From positions 15,128,001 to 15,192,000 of the forward strand of contig NC_043000.1 in assembly GCF_006345805.1 (NCBI RefSeq): DNA of 64,000 bases. The letters run 5' to 3'. Source of the stretch: Octopus sinensis. Lineage: Eukaryota. The notes under the pieces were generated by a model that was not told the origin of the DNA, made no database searches, and worked only from the letters and a program-made list of their open reading frames with translations. This document shows positions 1-12,773 of the stretch, in pieces. Within the stretch, counting starts at the first letter, position 1, and each line of letters starts with the position of its first letter. The position numbers and the translations under genes were made by a program.

Positions 1-258
1 ATCTAAGCCATGTTTTGAATATCTATACTTTCACTAGTATTACATTGATACTTTTGGTATTTTATGCTGTTGTATGTGCAATTACATTGGTCCACTCCTC
101 CACCTTATGTTTTATGTACGTTGTGTAACAGTGCAAATATTGAGTAGTTTTTACACTCTGATTCCTCAATAATAATAAGAATATACTGGTATTTTTATTG
201 TCATTGACTATTCTTTCATTTACCAGTTTGGTACCTAGCTGTCTCATATTTGTATTAG

Positions 259-470
259 CTCTTGATACCAACCTGCCTATCTGTACCTAGTTCTATGATG
301 CAAATTTCTTGTTTAAAGTGATCTTAACATTTAATTTTAATGGAAATGTTAATTTATGTTCCAAACACCATCTTAATTATGGCAAAGTCATTTTATTAAA
401 TTCTTAACTATTTTCAAGATTAATTGAAACAAAGGCAAAGTAATTTAACAGGAATAGGGTAACAAAAGGG
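259..470. mobile_element. Degenerate piggyBac-like MITE
   Basis: Ends ttag|ctcttgatacc ... ggtaacaaaaggg|ttca resemble the TTAA|CCCTTT(T)GxTACC family seen elsewhere in the window. Confidence 0.45.
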
Positions 471-657
471 TTCATATTTCAATTAAGACATTTTGTTAAA
501 AAATTTATTATACAAAACAACATATTACAGTGGGTAACCTTTGTCTTTTAAGATGTTAATTAAAAAGTTAATAATACCTTGCCTCCCTTTTGAACTGTTT
601 TGAAGTTAACTGAATTGTGTAAGCAATTTGTTGGAAATATAGTGATGTGTGGTTTAA

Positions 658-1086
658 CCCTTTGCCTGTCCAAAGCATTTTTATAAGTTTCTCCCAAATG
701 GCCATGCTTGTTTTTAAGTTTTTAGCTAGGCCTTGCCTCATACATTCTGAGTAATATAAAGCTTTTCTTTCATAAGTGCCAAGTTACTCTGGTGGTTGAA
801 AAAAAATCGGGAAAATGTATCATATATGAATGCATGGATCATCATCATCATCTTCGTTTAGCGTCCGCTTTCCATGCTAGCATGGGTTGGACGGTTCAAC
901 TGGGGTCTGGTAAGCCAGAAGGCTGCACCAGGCTCCAATCTGATCTGGCAATGTTTCTGCGGCTGGATGCCCTTCCTAACGCCAACCACTCCGTGAGTGT
1001 AGTGGGTGCTTTTTATGTGCCACCTGCACAGATGCCAGGGGTTACTGTCTTGTGTATCACATGTAATACATAGGACTGGGAAAGGA
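658..1086. mobile_element. piggyBac-like MITE with nested RTE 3' tail (about 838-1045)
   Basis: TTAA|ccctttgcctgtcc ... ggactgggaaagga|TTAA imperfect TIRs, TTAA TSD. Confidence 0.65.
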
Positions 1087-2016
1087 TTAACCTTTAAAAT
1101 GTACAAATTTATCCACACAACAGTCTTACTCCTGGCAGAATGAAGGAAAGGAGAGTATATATGTATGTGTATATGTATATACACATACATATATATGTAT
1201 GTATATACATATATATATACACATGCATATATATGTGTGTGTGTGTATATCATCATACATCCGTTTTCCATGCTAGCATGGGTTGGACGGTTCGACCCGG
1301 GTCTGGTAAGCCAGGAGGCTACACCAGGCTCCAGTCTGATCTGGCAGGGTTTCTACAGCTGGATGCCCTTCCTAACGCCAACCACTCTGAGAGTGTAGTG
1401 GGTGTTTTTTTACATGCCACCGGCATAGGGGCCAGAGCAGGCTGGCAAACAGCCACGATGCAGAGTATGATCAAGGCTTACTAAAAAATAAAAATCTAAC
1501 TTCATCCACATCTCCACACAAGCTGCAATGGTTTTGTGAGCACGTGGTTTGCACAATTTTTCACAGGTAGGAAGGAGGCAAGACATTTGATCGCAGTATC
1601 TCAACAATAATGCAAAGTTGAAAACATGTAGCACCTAATGTGTATGAATGAAAAGCATCGGCAAATAAACGACACAAGTGAAGATGGATTGTGACTGATG
1701 GAGCTCAAAGATTCATCACAGCACAAGTTGAAACCTTAATAATAATCTTGAGCAGAGAAAGCTTTACAAAGTGATCAACATGATGCTGCTTCTCTCACAA
1801 CTCAACTCAAGCTCAATGTGTTATTTAACTTGTGAATCTTGTATTGACCTGCATAGTTATATGTAGGTCTAGAAAAGTTGAATTTGGTGGGCAGTCATTC
1901 TCAATATGTAGGATTATCATCACCAACAACTTACTGGTATAACATGAGGGAGTGGTGTTTAACAAAATTGGTGGTACTAGTATTCGTGTGATTTAATTTC
2001 TGTTCTTCTGTTTTAG

Positions 2017-2052
2017 GCCGAGTCCAATGATGCTACAGATAACAATACTGAG
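2017..2052 (+). CDS. HMGA-like AT-hook protein, internal exon (AESNDATDNNTE); upstream exon(s) and start codon not found in window
   Basis: ttctgttttag|GCCGAG...ACTGAG|gtattt; 36 nt, phase 0, open and in frame with the next exon. Confidence 0.6.
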
Positions 2053-2363
2053 GTATTTTCTTTCTCAACTATAACTTTTATTAATATCTCATTTAAAATT
2101 TAAGCCATAATTCTCTTGATTATAAATCAAATGATCACCGTCCACAGATAAAGAGGGAAATGGTCTATATGTGAAACAAGTTTATTCAGTAAATTGAAAT
2201 TAAGATGAAGTAGCGTTATTTAGTTTTTGTAAACCACTTATGCAAGAAGAGTTTGCATTAATTAAAAGTTTTCTTGATTACCATATGTTCTTTCCATATG
2301 AATGTTATTACCCCTAGATAATTTTCCTCTGTCATTATGTTCATGTGTATTATTGCGCACGCA

Positions 2364-3043
2364 CAATGGTGAGCGCAGCTAACCAAAAAGTTAGCTTTGC
2401 TAACTGCTAATCTAACTAAAAAAGTTAGCCTCGCAAACGCTAAAAAAATTAGAAGGTAAAGCTAACTTATAACTGCTAACTTTTATCATACGAATTTAGC
2501 TTCGGTTTGGTTTGCTCTGAAACCCTTAAAAACAGACCAAGAGAGCTGAAATTTTCATGTTGAAGCTTAGATACAGAGCTTTCCAAAAAGGTATAGCATG
2601 CCAAGATCAAATGATGATAAAGGTGTACGCAAATAATTAAATGAACAAATGAAATTAAGCATTAGTTTTTTTCAGTCAACATACACTTTATTTACTGTAC
2701 AAAAAGTATTAAATCTAAAAGGTATAGCATAGGGATCATGCCAAAATCAGATGACAGTCAAGGTGTACTATTCTGGCTGGGCCTTCTCCATCACCTTGAC
2801 ATGATGATGGTTGCCCTTCATAAACAATAACGTGCCTGATGGATGCTTCAAGACATGCCCACAACAAACAGGAACAAACGTATGAATTTTGTTAGCAGAT
2901 TTAAAGTTTGCGGAACTAAATTTAGCTTGAGCTAATTCGTCTGTTAACAGTTTCCAAAGTTAGCAGAGATGCTAATCCACTAAAGGAAAAGTTAGCTTTA
3001 CTAATTAGCTGTTTGCAGATTAGCAGAACCGTGCCCGCTACTG
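2364..3043. mobile_element. hAT-type MITE
   Basis: TIR caatggtgagcgc / gtgcccgctactg; 8-bp TSD cgcacgca / tgcatgca (two C>T changes); subterminal gctaac repeats. Confidence 0.75.
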
Positions 3044-3328
3044 TGCATGCATATAGATATTCAATTAGTACAGATCTAGCAGAGATGTTTGAAGACCATA
3101 CTTTGTTGAGGTCTAATTAAATTAGGAAGGCATAGAGTAATTCTTAGAGGATAACATGAAATGAGTTGAGCAAAAGTTTGACAGAAACATGTAGCAAATA
3201 GGTGATATAAGAAAGAAACGAAAGTCATGGAAAGGGGTGGAGGAATTTCAATGTGAAAAAAAATTCATTGATTCTGTTCTCTTCAATATGTCTTTCAATA
3301 GTTTTGAATTTTTCTTTATTATTTTCAG

Positions 3329-3385
3329 GTGAAAGTTAAGAAAAGCCCTGGTAGACCTAGGAAACCAGAATCTGAAAAGAAGAAG
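3329..3385 (+). CDS. HMGA-like exon, AT-hook 1 (VKVKKSPGRPRKPESEKKK)
   Basis: attttcag| ... AAG|gtatgt; 57 nt, phase 0; PGRPRK core. Confidence 0.85.
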
Positions 3386-4783
3386 GTATGTACATACATA
3401 TTATATAGTTACTCTTGTTTATTATTATCTTAAGGGCTGTGAAGATTACTAAACTGGAATAGTTGCTTCAATCATCCATATTTTGTTGCCCTGCGTTTGA
3501 GTACCCCATCAGGAACAAATTTGCTTCATAAGTACATTGGACAGGAATCAAGTTCCTGTCAAAAATGTACTTGTGTTTCTGTAAATAATGAAATTTTACA
3601 GATATCTTGTTATGTCATCATAAGAATTATGTTCTGAATGTGTCTGTAGTTTAGTTTATATATGTATAATTTTAATATACTATGACCAGTTTTTTTGTTG
3701 GTTGGTGTGTCAAGAACTTTTACTTTTAATGAAAAGGTTTTAATGAAATGATTTTACTGAGACTTGGGTACTTTCACGTCAGGTGATGCATAAAACAATC
3801 AAAGTATTCTGACAGGATCAGTCAGTAACCATCCTACTGACTCCAGCAGGAGACAGTTGTGGCACTGTTTTCTTAGCTTGTGGTTTTTCCAGGGACAGGG
3901 TCCTGACCTGAAGCCTAGCCATGTGTATTTAGGAAAGAGACTATAAGTGGAGCTGTCTCTCTTGTCTACTAGCTGAGGTCCATAAAAGATAGTGTGGGTT
4001 GCTTTCAGTCTTGGACACTTAGCCAACATATCATGTACTTTAGCCCACCAGTTGAGGTGTGGTACCAGGGTGTGGCACTTGGAACCAGTGCATAAGAGAT
4101 TTAAGGAGTGAGTGAAAACCAATGATGCCTGTCCACCCGAACAGGTAGGGAGCAGCTTGGTATGCTTCAGAGGTACTATCTCTATCCAGAGTTTCCTGCA
4201 CTCTAATGAAATAACCTAGACGAAAATATTCAATTAATTGTAGGATCAATAAGGATATTTACCATGATGTGTATGAAATGATTAAGCAGACAGGAATTGT
4301 ATTATGTGAACAGTAAATGATCTGATGATGAATGTGGGATTTCAAGAAATCTGGCAATTTATCAAAATGCAAAATATACTGCACTTGTGTAACAAATGTT
4401 GCAACCCTTCGTATTGTTATTGACTTCTCTTTTTACGTGTTTCAGTCATTCAATTGTGACCATGCTGGAGCACTGCTTTCAAGGGTTTTAATTGAACAAT
4501 TTGACCCCAGTACTTATTTTTTTAAAGTCTGACAGTCTCTTTTGCTAAACCTCTAAAGTTGTGAGGACATAACAAACCAACGCAGTTACCAAGCAGTGGT
4601 GAGGAGACGCACACAATTTCCATGTATCAGATTCACTCACAAGACATTGGTTGGCCCAGGGTTATAGTAGAAGACACTTGTCCATGGTAACCTATCGGTG
4701 GAACTGAACCCCAAACCACATAGTTTGCAATTATTTAAGATATTGCTTTGTTTTTTCACAAAGCTTAGTCTATCAAGATGATA

Positions 4784-5156
4784 TCTTTATATATAAAACT
4801 GTAGTTGTGTGAGTGTCTGTCCCCTTCGATTTAGATTCCTAACTACTCCCACATTTTGCGGTGCAGTTTAATCAAAACTGGGTATCTTATAGTCGTGATT
4901 CATATCGAGCCCTTCTGGGTATTAGCATGAGTCTACGATTTTAAAAATAATTTACCATCATTTTTTTCCATTTTCATGCATATTTTTTTAAAGGGAAGTA
5001 ACTCTCTAAAAATGTCTACGATGAGTCAACGATTTTTAAAAAAATTTTACCATCATATTTTTTCTATTTTTAATGCATTTTTTGGCTATAACTCTCTAAA
5101 AATGTTGTATAGTTATTTCCCTTACAAACCCGAGCAACGCCGGGCGATACTGCTAG
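4784..5156 (+). mobile_element. Non-autonomous Helitron-like element
   Basis: A|TCtttatatataaaa ... hairpin CCCGagcaacgcCGGG ... CTAG|T. Confidence 0.75.
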
Positions 5157-5329
5157 TTTAAGTATAATGTAATGAAATATACATGATCATGAGGTAAATG
5201 ATTGCAGAATTTGAATTTTAAAAGCAGATTGATTACAAGTATTTAATGAATATATTAGTAAATATTTTGCTGTATTAACTTCATTTCTATGAATAGATAA
5301 AAAGTAATCTTCTGTATTCCCTTTTTCAG

Positions 5330-5377
5330 TGGGTTCCAACAGGTCGTTCAAGAGGAAGGCCAAGAATTCATCCAGTT
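5330..5377 (+). CDS. HMGA-like exon, AT-hook 2 (WVPTGRSRGRPRIHPV)
   Basis: ctttttcag| ... GTT|gtaagt; 48 nt, phase 0; resembles the VPTPKRPRGRP context of vertebrate HMGA. Confidence 0.88.
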
Positions 5378-5546
5378 GTAAGTTATATTACAACTTGTAA
5401 TTTCTACTTGGGCATATCTTCTATAATATTTGTGCTAATTATTGTAGTTACTATTTTTGAAATGTGGAAGACATATTTATTAAGCTGTATAATGCTTAAC
5501 CGAGTACATTTTTATAAATTTAGTGTCTTTATGTATATGATGGAGT

Positions 5547-5934
5547 GGAGGCGCAATGGCCCAGTGGTTAGGGCAGCGGACTCGTGGTCGTAGGATCGTG
5601 GTTTCGATTCCCAGACCGGGCGTTGTGAGTGTTTATTGAGCGAAAACACCTAAAGCTCCACGAGGCTCCGGCAGGGGATGGTGGTGATCCCTGCTGTACT
5701 CTTTCACCACAACTTTCTCTCACTCTTACTTCCTGTTTCTGTTGTACCTGTATTTCAAAGGGCCGGCCTTGTCACTCTCTGTGTCACGCTGAATATCCCC
5801 GAGAACTACGTTAAGGGTACACGTGTCTGTGGAGTACTCAGCCACTTACACGTTAATTTCACGAGCAGGCTGTTCCGTTGATCGGATCAGCCGGAACCCT
5901 CATCGTCGTAACCGATGGAGTGCTTCCATCCATC
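5547..5934 (+). mobile_element. tRNA-derived SINE, family A (young). Related copies: 13886-14268(-), 55615-55994(+); same head with other bodies at 38252-38548(-), 48349-48620(+), 57349-57650(+)
   Basis: Head ggaggcgcaatggcccagtggttagggcagcggactc...ggtttcgattccc with pol III A/B boxes; copies carry TSDs (e.g. atattcacaac at 55601/55995). Confidence 0.85.
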
Positions 5935-6959
5935 TGTGATGGAACTTTTTTGCTTTTTAAATCTACTCTAATTACAGGTAAATTCATTGAAATGTAAGTT
6001 TATTAAAATTTTGTTTAAATATCACCTTTTAGAATGAGTTCATCATCATATTTACATCAATATCCACTTTCCATGTTGGCATTGGTTAGGAGGGTTATCA
6101 CAACTCGAGCCAGTTCTTATTCAGAATTACTACTCTCTTAGACAGGTTGAAGGGCCACATCTTGCTTGTATGTCATTTTTGGCTTGGTTTCTATAGCTTG
6201 ATGCCCCTTCTATCACCAACCACTTTACAGTGTACTTGGTGTATTTTGTCATGATGCCAAAACTAGGGTCAGTCATCTCCTCAACTAGACTAAAGGGTTC
6301 TCGTGACTTAAATTGTCTCTACTCACTGGTTACTTTACAATGTTAGTTGGGTGCATTTTATTATGGCATCAGCCTTTGTGAAGTGGCCTTATACTTAAGT
6401 AGAGTCCTTGCTACTGTAGGATGTGTTTTACTCAAGGCAATCTGATTGAGTAAAACAATAAGTAGATCTGTGACAGAATACTAAGATAAAAGAAGCAGGA
6501 ATATGATGGTTGGGAGAGATAGAAAAGGCGAGAAATAAAGGTGGACAATGGTAAGGGTGAGTGAGGGATATCTGTAATGTGGTCTGGAGGGATGGAGTGA
6601 TTACTGGAAGCATAGAAATGGCAGTGAGCCAGGCAAAGTGCTTAGTATTTCATCTATCTTTCTGTTATGAGGTCAACTTTGCCTTTCATCCTTTTGGAGT
6701 CAATAAAATAAGTACTAGTTGAGTACTGGGGTCAATGTAATCAGCTTTACTCCTGGGTATGAGTACAAAAATCTGCCTCCCTTTGCCAAACCATGTTGAA
6801 TTGTTGTGGTAGTGTAGGCTCATCAGACCAGCATGATCTCAAGCTATTCTCTGGTGGAGAGAACATACTGAGGCCCTCATCTTGCAGTGGACTGAACACA
6901 AGTAATTCAATCCAATCCAGTTGAAAAGTGTGATGGTAAGAGTGTAACAGGTACCATAG

Positions 6960-7139
6960 TTACTCTTTTACTTGTTTCAGTCATTTGACTGTGGCCATGC
7001 TGGAGCATCGACCCCAGGACTTATTCTTTGTAAGCCTAGTACTTATTCTGCCAGTCTCTTTTGTTGAATTGCCAAGTTATGGGGGCGTAAACACACCAGC
7101 ATCGGTTGTCAAGCGATGTTGAGGGGACAAACATAGACT

Positions 7140-7198
<59 letters not shown>

Positions 7199-7320
7199 GA
7201 CGGGCTTCTTTCAGTTTACGCCTACCAAATCCACTCACAAGGCTTTGGTCAGCCCGAGGCTATAGTAGAAGACACTTACCCAAGGTGTCACGCAGTGGGA
7301 CTGAACCCAGAACCATAGGT
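6960..7320 (-). mobile_element. tRNA-derived SINE, family B with internal (TA/CA)n. Further copies about 18150-18480, 19670-20080, 36390-36750, 46320-46650, 51360-51785, 53520-53920, 57880-58255, 61780-62150
   Basis: Repeated body ttactcttttacttgtttcagtc...ctaccaaatccactcacaaggctttgg...gggactgaacccggaacc. Confidence 0.85.
7139..7198. repeat. (CA)n(TA)n microsatellite inside a SINE; similar tracts near 1155-1245, 47645-47830, 48278-48345, 51570-51625
   Basis: Directly visible dinucleotide runs. Confidence 0.95.
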
Positions 7321-8713
7321 TTGTGATGGGTGGATGAGGGAAGAGTATTTAATATATGCAAATCTAGTACCATCTCTGATTACATAAGTAACGTGAAAAA
7401 AAGGTAAGTGATAGAAATGAATTAGCTAGTATTCATATACATTAAGTAGATGAATTGTAGCATTTTCAGGGGAGCTTGAGCCTGTAATACAGGCTACGCA
7501 TAAAGGTAAAATAGCTTTTAAAAAAAGTTTGTTTTATAAAATGAAAATTGATATGATACTTTTTTATAGCAATTTGTGAACACTAGTGTTGTTGGTTACA
7601 TGTTTCCAATTGGACAATCCCTGATTTACTGTGTATTTTTGATGGAGTGTGAAACCTAATGCAAGGAACTTCACCTGTAAAGTTTTTTTTTTTGTTTTCT
7701 TGGTGTTTATTTCCTACACCAATATAAATCTATAAAGTGTAAATATATATATATATATGTGTGTGTATACACTGATATACATACACATTCGACTTTTCAC
7801 ACAGTTTCCCTCTACCAAATTCTACTTGCGAGTTATTATTGAACATGAGGCTAAGGTAAAAGATACTTGCCCAGTACTGTGTTGTATTGGAATTGAACTT
7901 TGAGTCCATGAAGTTACAAAGCAAGCTTTTTAACCATGCAGTCGTGCCAATCAAAATTTCATGGAAAAATGTAGAATATCCTCCTTTCATAATGCATTCT
8001 TGCAGAATATGTACAGCAGAAAGTTGTTTCAGTTGACTGCTCATCAGGTGTTTTCTTTTTCCTACTGTAAGCATTTGCAGAATACAACTGGGAAATCATA
8101 TTCTCTGCACCCAATCTTGCAATCTTTGAATTTGTTTCCCTTTCCCTCTTGTTTTACAGAGGTTGGCTGAATTTAAAGTTATATCCTTCTTTCAGACTTT
8201 TTTCCTTTCTCACAACTGACTCTCCACCTTGCCTCTTTATTTTATAATTTTTTTTACAAATGATTTGTTCTCAATTGCACTGCAACATCAACTTGAAAAC
8301 TGAAAATGGTTGTATTACTTTTGAACTTCTCTTTATTCAGTATATAGTAAATAATCATAAAAATATTCATATTTACTGTATATTAAACCAAGTATTACCA
8401 CTACTTACTGCCCAATCTTTCAACCAAGTTACAGCGTCTCATCTGATTCAACCAATCTATACAGTCTATGTTACCATTGTAATTGATATTTGCAAATGGT
8501 GTACCATTTTCATTCATATGTCATGCATATGTAGACAGAGAATGAATTTACCTCTTATATCTGTGCAGTCAGTAGCAAATTTCCTTTCTGCTTTTAGATT
8601 ACCTTTTTATTTTTAAAACTGTATTATTTGTATGTTGTCACAGTTAAATCCTCTACATGCCTGATTGAACTATGGAACTGATCAAAATTTAATATTCAGC
8701 TTCAGTTATGGTA

Positions 8714-9226
8714 TGAGAGTAATAATTTCAAGACCACATCATACCCTTGGTCACACTGACAAGCACAGTTGTTTCTCTTCCCTTCTGCAGTGAAAGTTAA
8801 AACCACAGCAGCACCTAACTTTTGCATCAGAGATTTTATTCTTTTACATCCCATTTTGTAGGCTCTTTTGGCCTGTAGTAACCGGCCTTCATGTCTGGTA
8901 TTCCTTTTGTCCTTGACTTAATTGTTCCTTTGTACAGAGTCCAGAAGAGTCTTGTATAATTAATGGGTTGTAACATTTTCTTTCCATACTGGGTGCACTA
9001 TTTCTGAAATGATAGATTTTTTATTCATTTAGTTATTTGTGCCTTTTCTTTACTTTCTTAGGATCATAACAAGGTAAAGAAACCTAGAGGAAGACCACGT
9101 ATAAAGCCTGTAAGTTGTGCTTTCTTTAAAAACATTTTTAGTTGTGTTTCAATTCTTCCAGGATATGGGAATTATGTAGTTTTTTTTCTATAAAGATTTT
9201 GCTGTAGGATTATGTTTGGTATGCTA
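8714..9226 (+). repeat. Local segmental duplication, copy 1 (contains exon 9062-9109)
   Basis: About 510 bp matching 11111-11357 plus 12630-12887 at roughly 95% by eye. Confidence 0.9.
9062..9109 (+). CDS. HMGA-like exon, AT-hook 3 (DHNKVKKPRGRPRIKP)
   Basis: tactttcttag| ... CCT|gtaagt; 48 nt, phase 0. Confidence 0.82.
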
Positions 9227-10105
9227 GGTATTGTAGTATAAATTGGTTCTTGTAACTCTTTCATCACTATATCTCTAATTAAAATAAATGTCTAATAGTA
9301 ATTAATGAGTGGTTTTGCTTCAGTAACTCCTATCAGTGTTCAGATTTTCAGAAGTATGCCATTAGGCACATATCCTCGGGGAAATTGGATGGAAATAAAG
9401 GAGATGTTTTTAAACAAAATAGCTTTCTATTTCTAATCAAATGTTCCATATTAGAATCAGAAATATCTTTTAGGAAGGAATTTTAAAATTTGTTTATAAC
9501 TGAGGATGACAAAAGTAAAACAGTGTGCCATTCTAAAATTAAACACAAATAATACAGTACCACTAGCACCAGATTTTAGTTCGTTATGACTAACTATTAC
9601 CAAAGTAGCCATATTTTGTTCTTTTGAAGTTGAGTTTGTTACAAACAATCATCATTGTCATCATTTGAATGTCCACCTTCCATGCTGGCATGGATTGGAC
9701 AGTTTGACAGGATCTGATGGACCCAAGAATGGCATTATGCTCCAGTGTCTGCTTTAGCATGGTTTCCTAATGCCAACCACTTCACAGTGTGTAATTGGTG
9801 CTTTTTTTTTTTTACCACCCAGCACTAGTGAGGTCACCATGTAGCTTGCAAGATTATGAACCCTGGGTGGGGTGTAGGAGCTTTATTCGAGAATGTGAGA
9901 AAAAAGGGCCTGAGCAGAATACGCTTCTTGCTGGAGGACACATTCTGTTTTATGTTGAGTCAGAGCATATAAAATGTCGTTTATATATCCAGTTTGTAGA
10001 TTAAATCTAAATAGTGTTCAATTAGTCTTTATTATTGTATTTGTTGTTTTTTCATTATTAGTTAATTTGTTATACATTACTTATGTGATTTATTTGTTTT
10101 TCCAG

Positions 10106-10153
10106 ATGGTGCATAAAGAAAAAAGACCAAGGGGCAGACCACGCAAAAATGCA
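10106..10153 (+). CDS. HMGA-like exon, AT-hook 4 (MVHKEKRPRGRPRKNA)
   Basis: tttttccag| ... GCA|gtaagt; 48 nt, phase 0; KRPRGRPRK canonical AT-hook. Confidence 0.88.
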
Positions 10154-11357
10154 GTAAGTCTATTTTCTCTTTAGATTAGATTGACTTGAATGTTAGTATT
10201 TAGTCACAGCAAATCTATGATTAAAGGGTCACTAGCTGTGACAAAACTATTTTTTTATTCAGACCTAGTTATTCTGCAATGTGGTGCCCTTTTGTGCTGT
10301 CAAAAGTAATGCTTGTCTATTCAGATTGTTTTGAATTAATCCTGTATATCTCATGGCTTTGAGATTTTGATGAGGAATCTGTTAATTTTTAGAATGATAT
10401 TGTAGGATTGGTGTAAGATCCTAAATCGGGCTATCATCATCATCATTGTTTAATGTCCATTTTCCATGCTAGCATGGGTTGGACAGTTCGATCAGGGTCT
10501 GGGAAGCCAGGAGGCTGCACCAGGCTCCAGTCTGATCTGGCAGTGTTTCTACAGCTGGATGCCCTTCCTAATGCCAACCACTCCATGAGTGTAGTGGGTG
10601 CTTTTTACGTACCACAGTTTGAACATAAAACAGGTGGAATATTTTGGCTGGATATGGCCTATTTAAATGCTAAAAAGTTAAACCTTGTCATGTTTAGTGA
10701 TGGTATTTCTCTGAAGATGGTAGATGCATGCTTGAGAGCATTGTAAGTACCTCATTTGTACTTCAGAATGGTTATTTTGGCAACCATATGTACAAAAGCA
10801 CAAATTTGAAGATTTGTTCACAAAATTATCTGGAGTTTTATTTCTAAAAATTTGTAGTATTTTTCTTCCAAAGTCCTTAACTTCACTGCTGTGATCATGT
10901 GATTGACCAAACAAATATTGTTATGAATTGCTGATCACAATGTGCTTTGCATTGTTTTAGCTTTTAAATGATGCTACTGCACTGGCTCGGTGAGCAGGCC
11001 AACATTCCCTTTGATTGGAAGATTACTCCTTTGCAGGTAGGGTTACAGCTGAGTGGGCTGGAGTGGAGTGAAATGGAGTGTTTTGCTAAGAACACTGCAG
11101 CAATTGCAAGAGAGTAATAATTTCAAGACCACATCATACCCTTGGTCACACTCACAAGCACAGTTGTTTCTCTTCCCTTCTGCAGTGAAAGTTAAAACCA
11201 CTGCAGCACCTAACTTTTGCATCAGAGATTTTATTCTTTTACATCCCATTTTGTAGGCTCTTTTGGCCTGTAGTAACCGGCCTTTATGTCTGGTATTCCT
11301 TTTGTCCTTGACTTAATTGTCCATTGTACAGAGTCCAGAAGAGTTTTGTCTAATTAA

Positions 11358-12629
11358 CCCTTTCGTTACTATATTTCTGACCAAAATACACCCCTCATGA
11401 GTTTCAATTAAATTGATGATGATGATGATGATGAATCATGAATTTAGGCTTGTTTCATTAAATAACTGTAACTTTTTTACTTATCAACATATTAATGTAT
11501 TTGGAACATAATTAAAGAAAGGGTTCTTAATCAATTCTATTGCATAACTTTTGTCTCAAAGTGACTTTAATTACAGGTAAATTGAGCAAAAGGTAAAAAT
11601 ATTAAAATTTTAAAATGAGCAAAAGGTAAAAATATTAAAATTTTGTTTAAACATCACCATAGAAAATGAATCATCAGCTAATATTCAAATGGGTATGCAA
11701 CAAGATTTTGATAAAGAAGAATTGTGCACATCACTAGATCATCAGTTGAATTTAATGCACAACAGGTGTACCATAAAAGTGGAATAAACTGGAATCCACC
11801 GCAAGTTTGACCGAACTAAAGAAATCGGTCAAAAAATAATATACGGCCCTGGTTATGGTATGGAAGTGATAAATTCCAGACCACATTGTTCCCTAAGCCA
11901 TGCTGACTAACATTAGTTTCCCTTTATAAAAACTTAATCCATGCAGTACCCAGTATTTACTTCACAAATTTTCCGAACTTTGATCCCCCATTTTGTGTTT
12001 GTTTACAATCTGCGAAACAGTTTGCTTCCACAGTGATCACTCCAAACAAGCATACTGAAAAAAATAAAGTCTAATGGTTTCGCTTCCTAAGAAAGACTAT
12101 AGATAAACTCTATCTCCTCAGAAAAATTGCTAATAAAAACATTTTCAAAGTTTTTTTACTTCATTCCGATGTAAAGTCGTCTTTGCTGTCGCCAACGCCG
12201 CTTTGTTTCTTCGGAATCGCTGCTTTCGGTTAACGGATAAAAAAAATATCCTATTCATTATTGTACATCACGTGCTTTTGGACCTCATTCATTCTTTTTC
12301 TCGATATCTCCCTATTTTCTGTTGAAAAAGCTTTAAATTCGGTATCAATGCTTGATAACATGAAACTCCTATCCATTTTCAAAGTTGAAGAAAAATCGAT
12401 GCCGAAAAAAATGTAGAAAGAAATCTTCCAAAATTCACTGAGTTGAGATATCACGTCAAGCAATGTCGGATACTATAAGCCAACTATTTACAAAGTGAAA
12501 TCACATGTTTTAACGAATGTACCAACGAGATTTAGGCTCAAATTTACATTTAAATAACAACAGGTTCTCTCGGCCAGGTTGGTATTATGAACCAAAAAAT
12601 TTTACCCGGCCGGGTTAGTAACGAAAGGG
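11358..12629 (-). mobile_element. Internally deleted piggyBac-type DNA transposon inserted in duplication copy 2
   Basis: TTAA|CCCTTTCGTTACT ... AGTAACGAAAGGG|TTAA perfect 13-bp TIR; minus-strand remnant KWGIKVRKICEVNTGYC at about 11941-11994 resembles the piggyBac transposase K(Y/W)GIK...TGY motif; empty TTAA site in copy 1. Confidence 0.88.
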
Positions 12630-12731
12630 TTAATGGGTTGTAACATTTTCTTTCCATACTGGGTGCACTATTTCTGAAATGATAAACTTTTCATTCATTT
12701 AGTTATTTGTGCCTTTTCTTTACTTTCTTAG

Positions 12732-12773
12732 GATATGGTAAAGAAATCTAGAGGAAGACCACGTATAAAGCCT
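12732..12773 (+). CDS. HMGA-like exon, AT-hook 5 (DMVKKSRGRPRIKP), paralogue of exon 9062-9109
   Basis: tactttcttag| ... CCT|gtaagc; 42 nt, phase 0; flanking intron sequence duplicated with 8714-9226. Confidence 0.75.

Noticed and set aside
792-1484. Recurrent ORFs such as HASMGWTV...LQLDALPNANHS (many copies across the window)
   Set aside because: These are chance translations of the RTE 3'-tail repeat and microsatellites, not a gene family.
3800-4230. GC-richer stretch with short ORFs in an HMGA-like intron
   Set aside because: No termini, TSD or protein motif recognised; probably an old TE fragment but unsupported.
5547-5620. tRNA-like sequences (also 48349, 55615, 56945, 57349)
   Set aside because: They have A/B boxes but no complete cloverleaf, run into multicopy SINE bodies and carry TSDs; they are SINE heads, not tRNA genes.
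9974-10174. 66-aa ORF ending in KRPRGRPRKNAVSLFSL
   Set aside because: Only 10106-10153 is exonic; the hydrophobic N-terminal part is the translated polypyrimidine tract of the intron.
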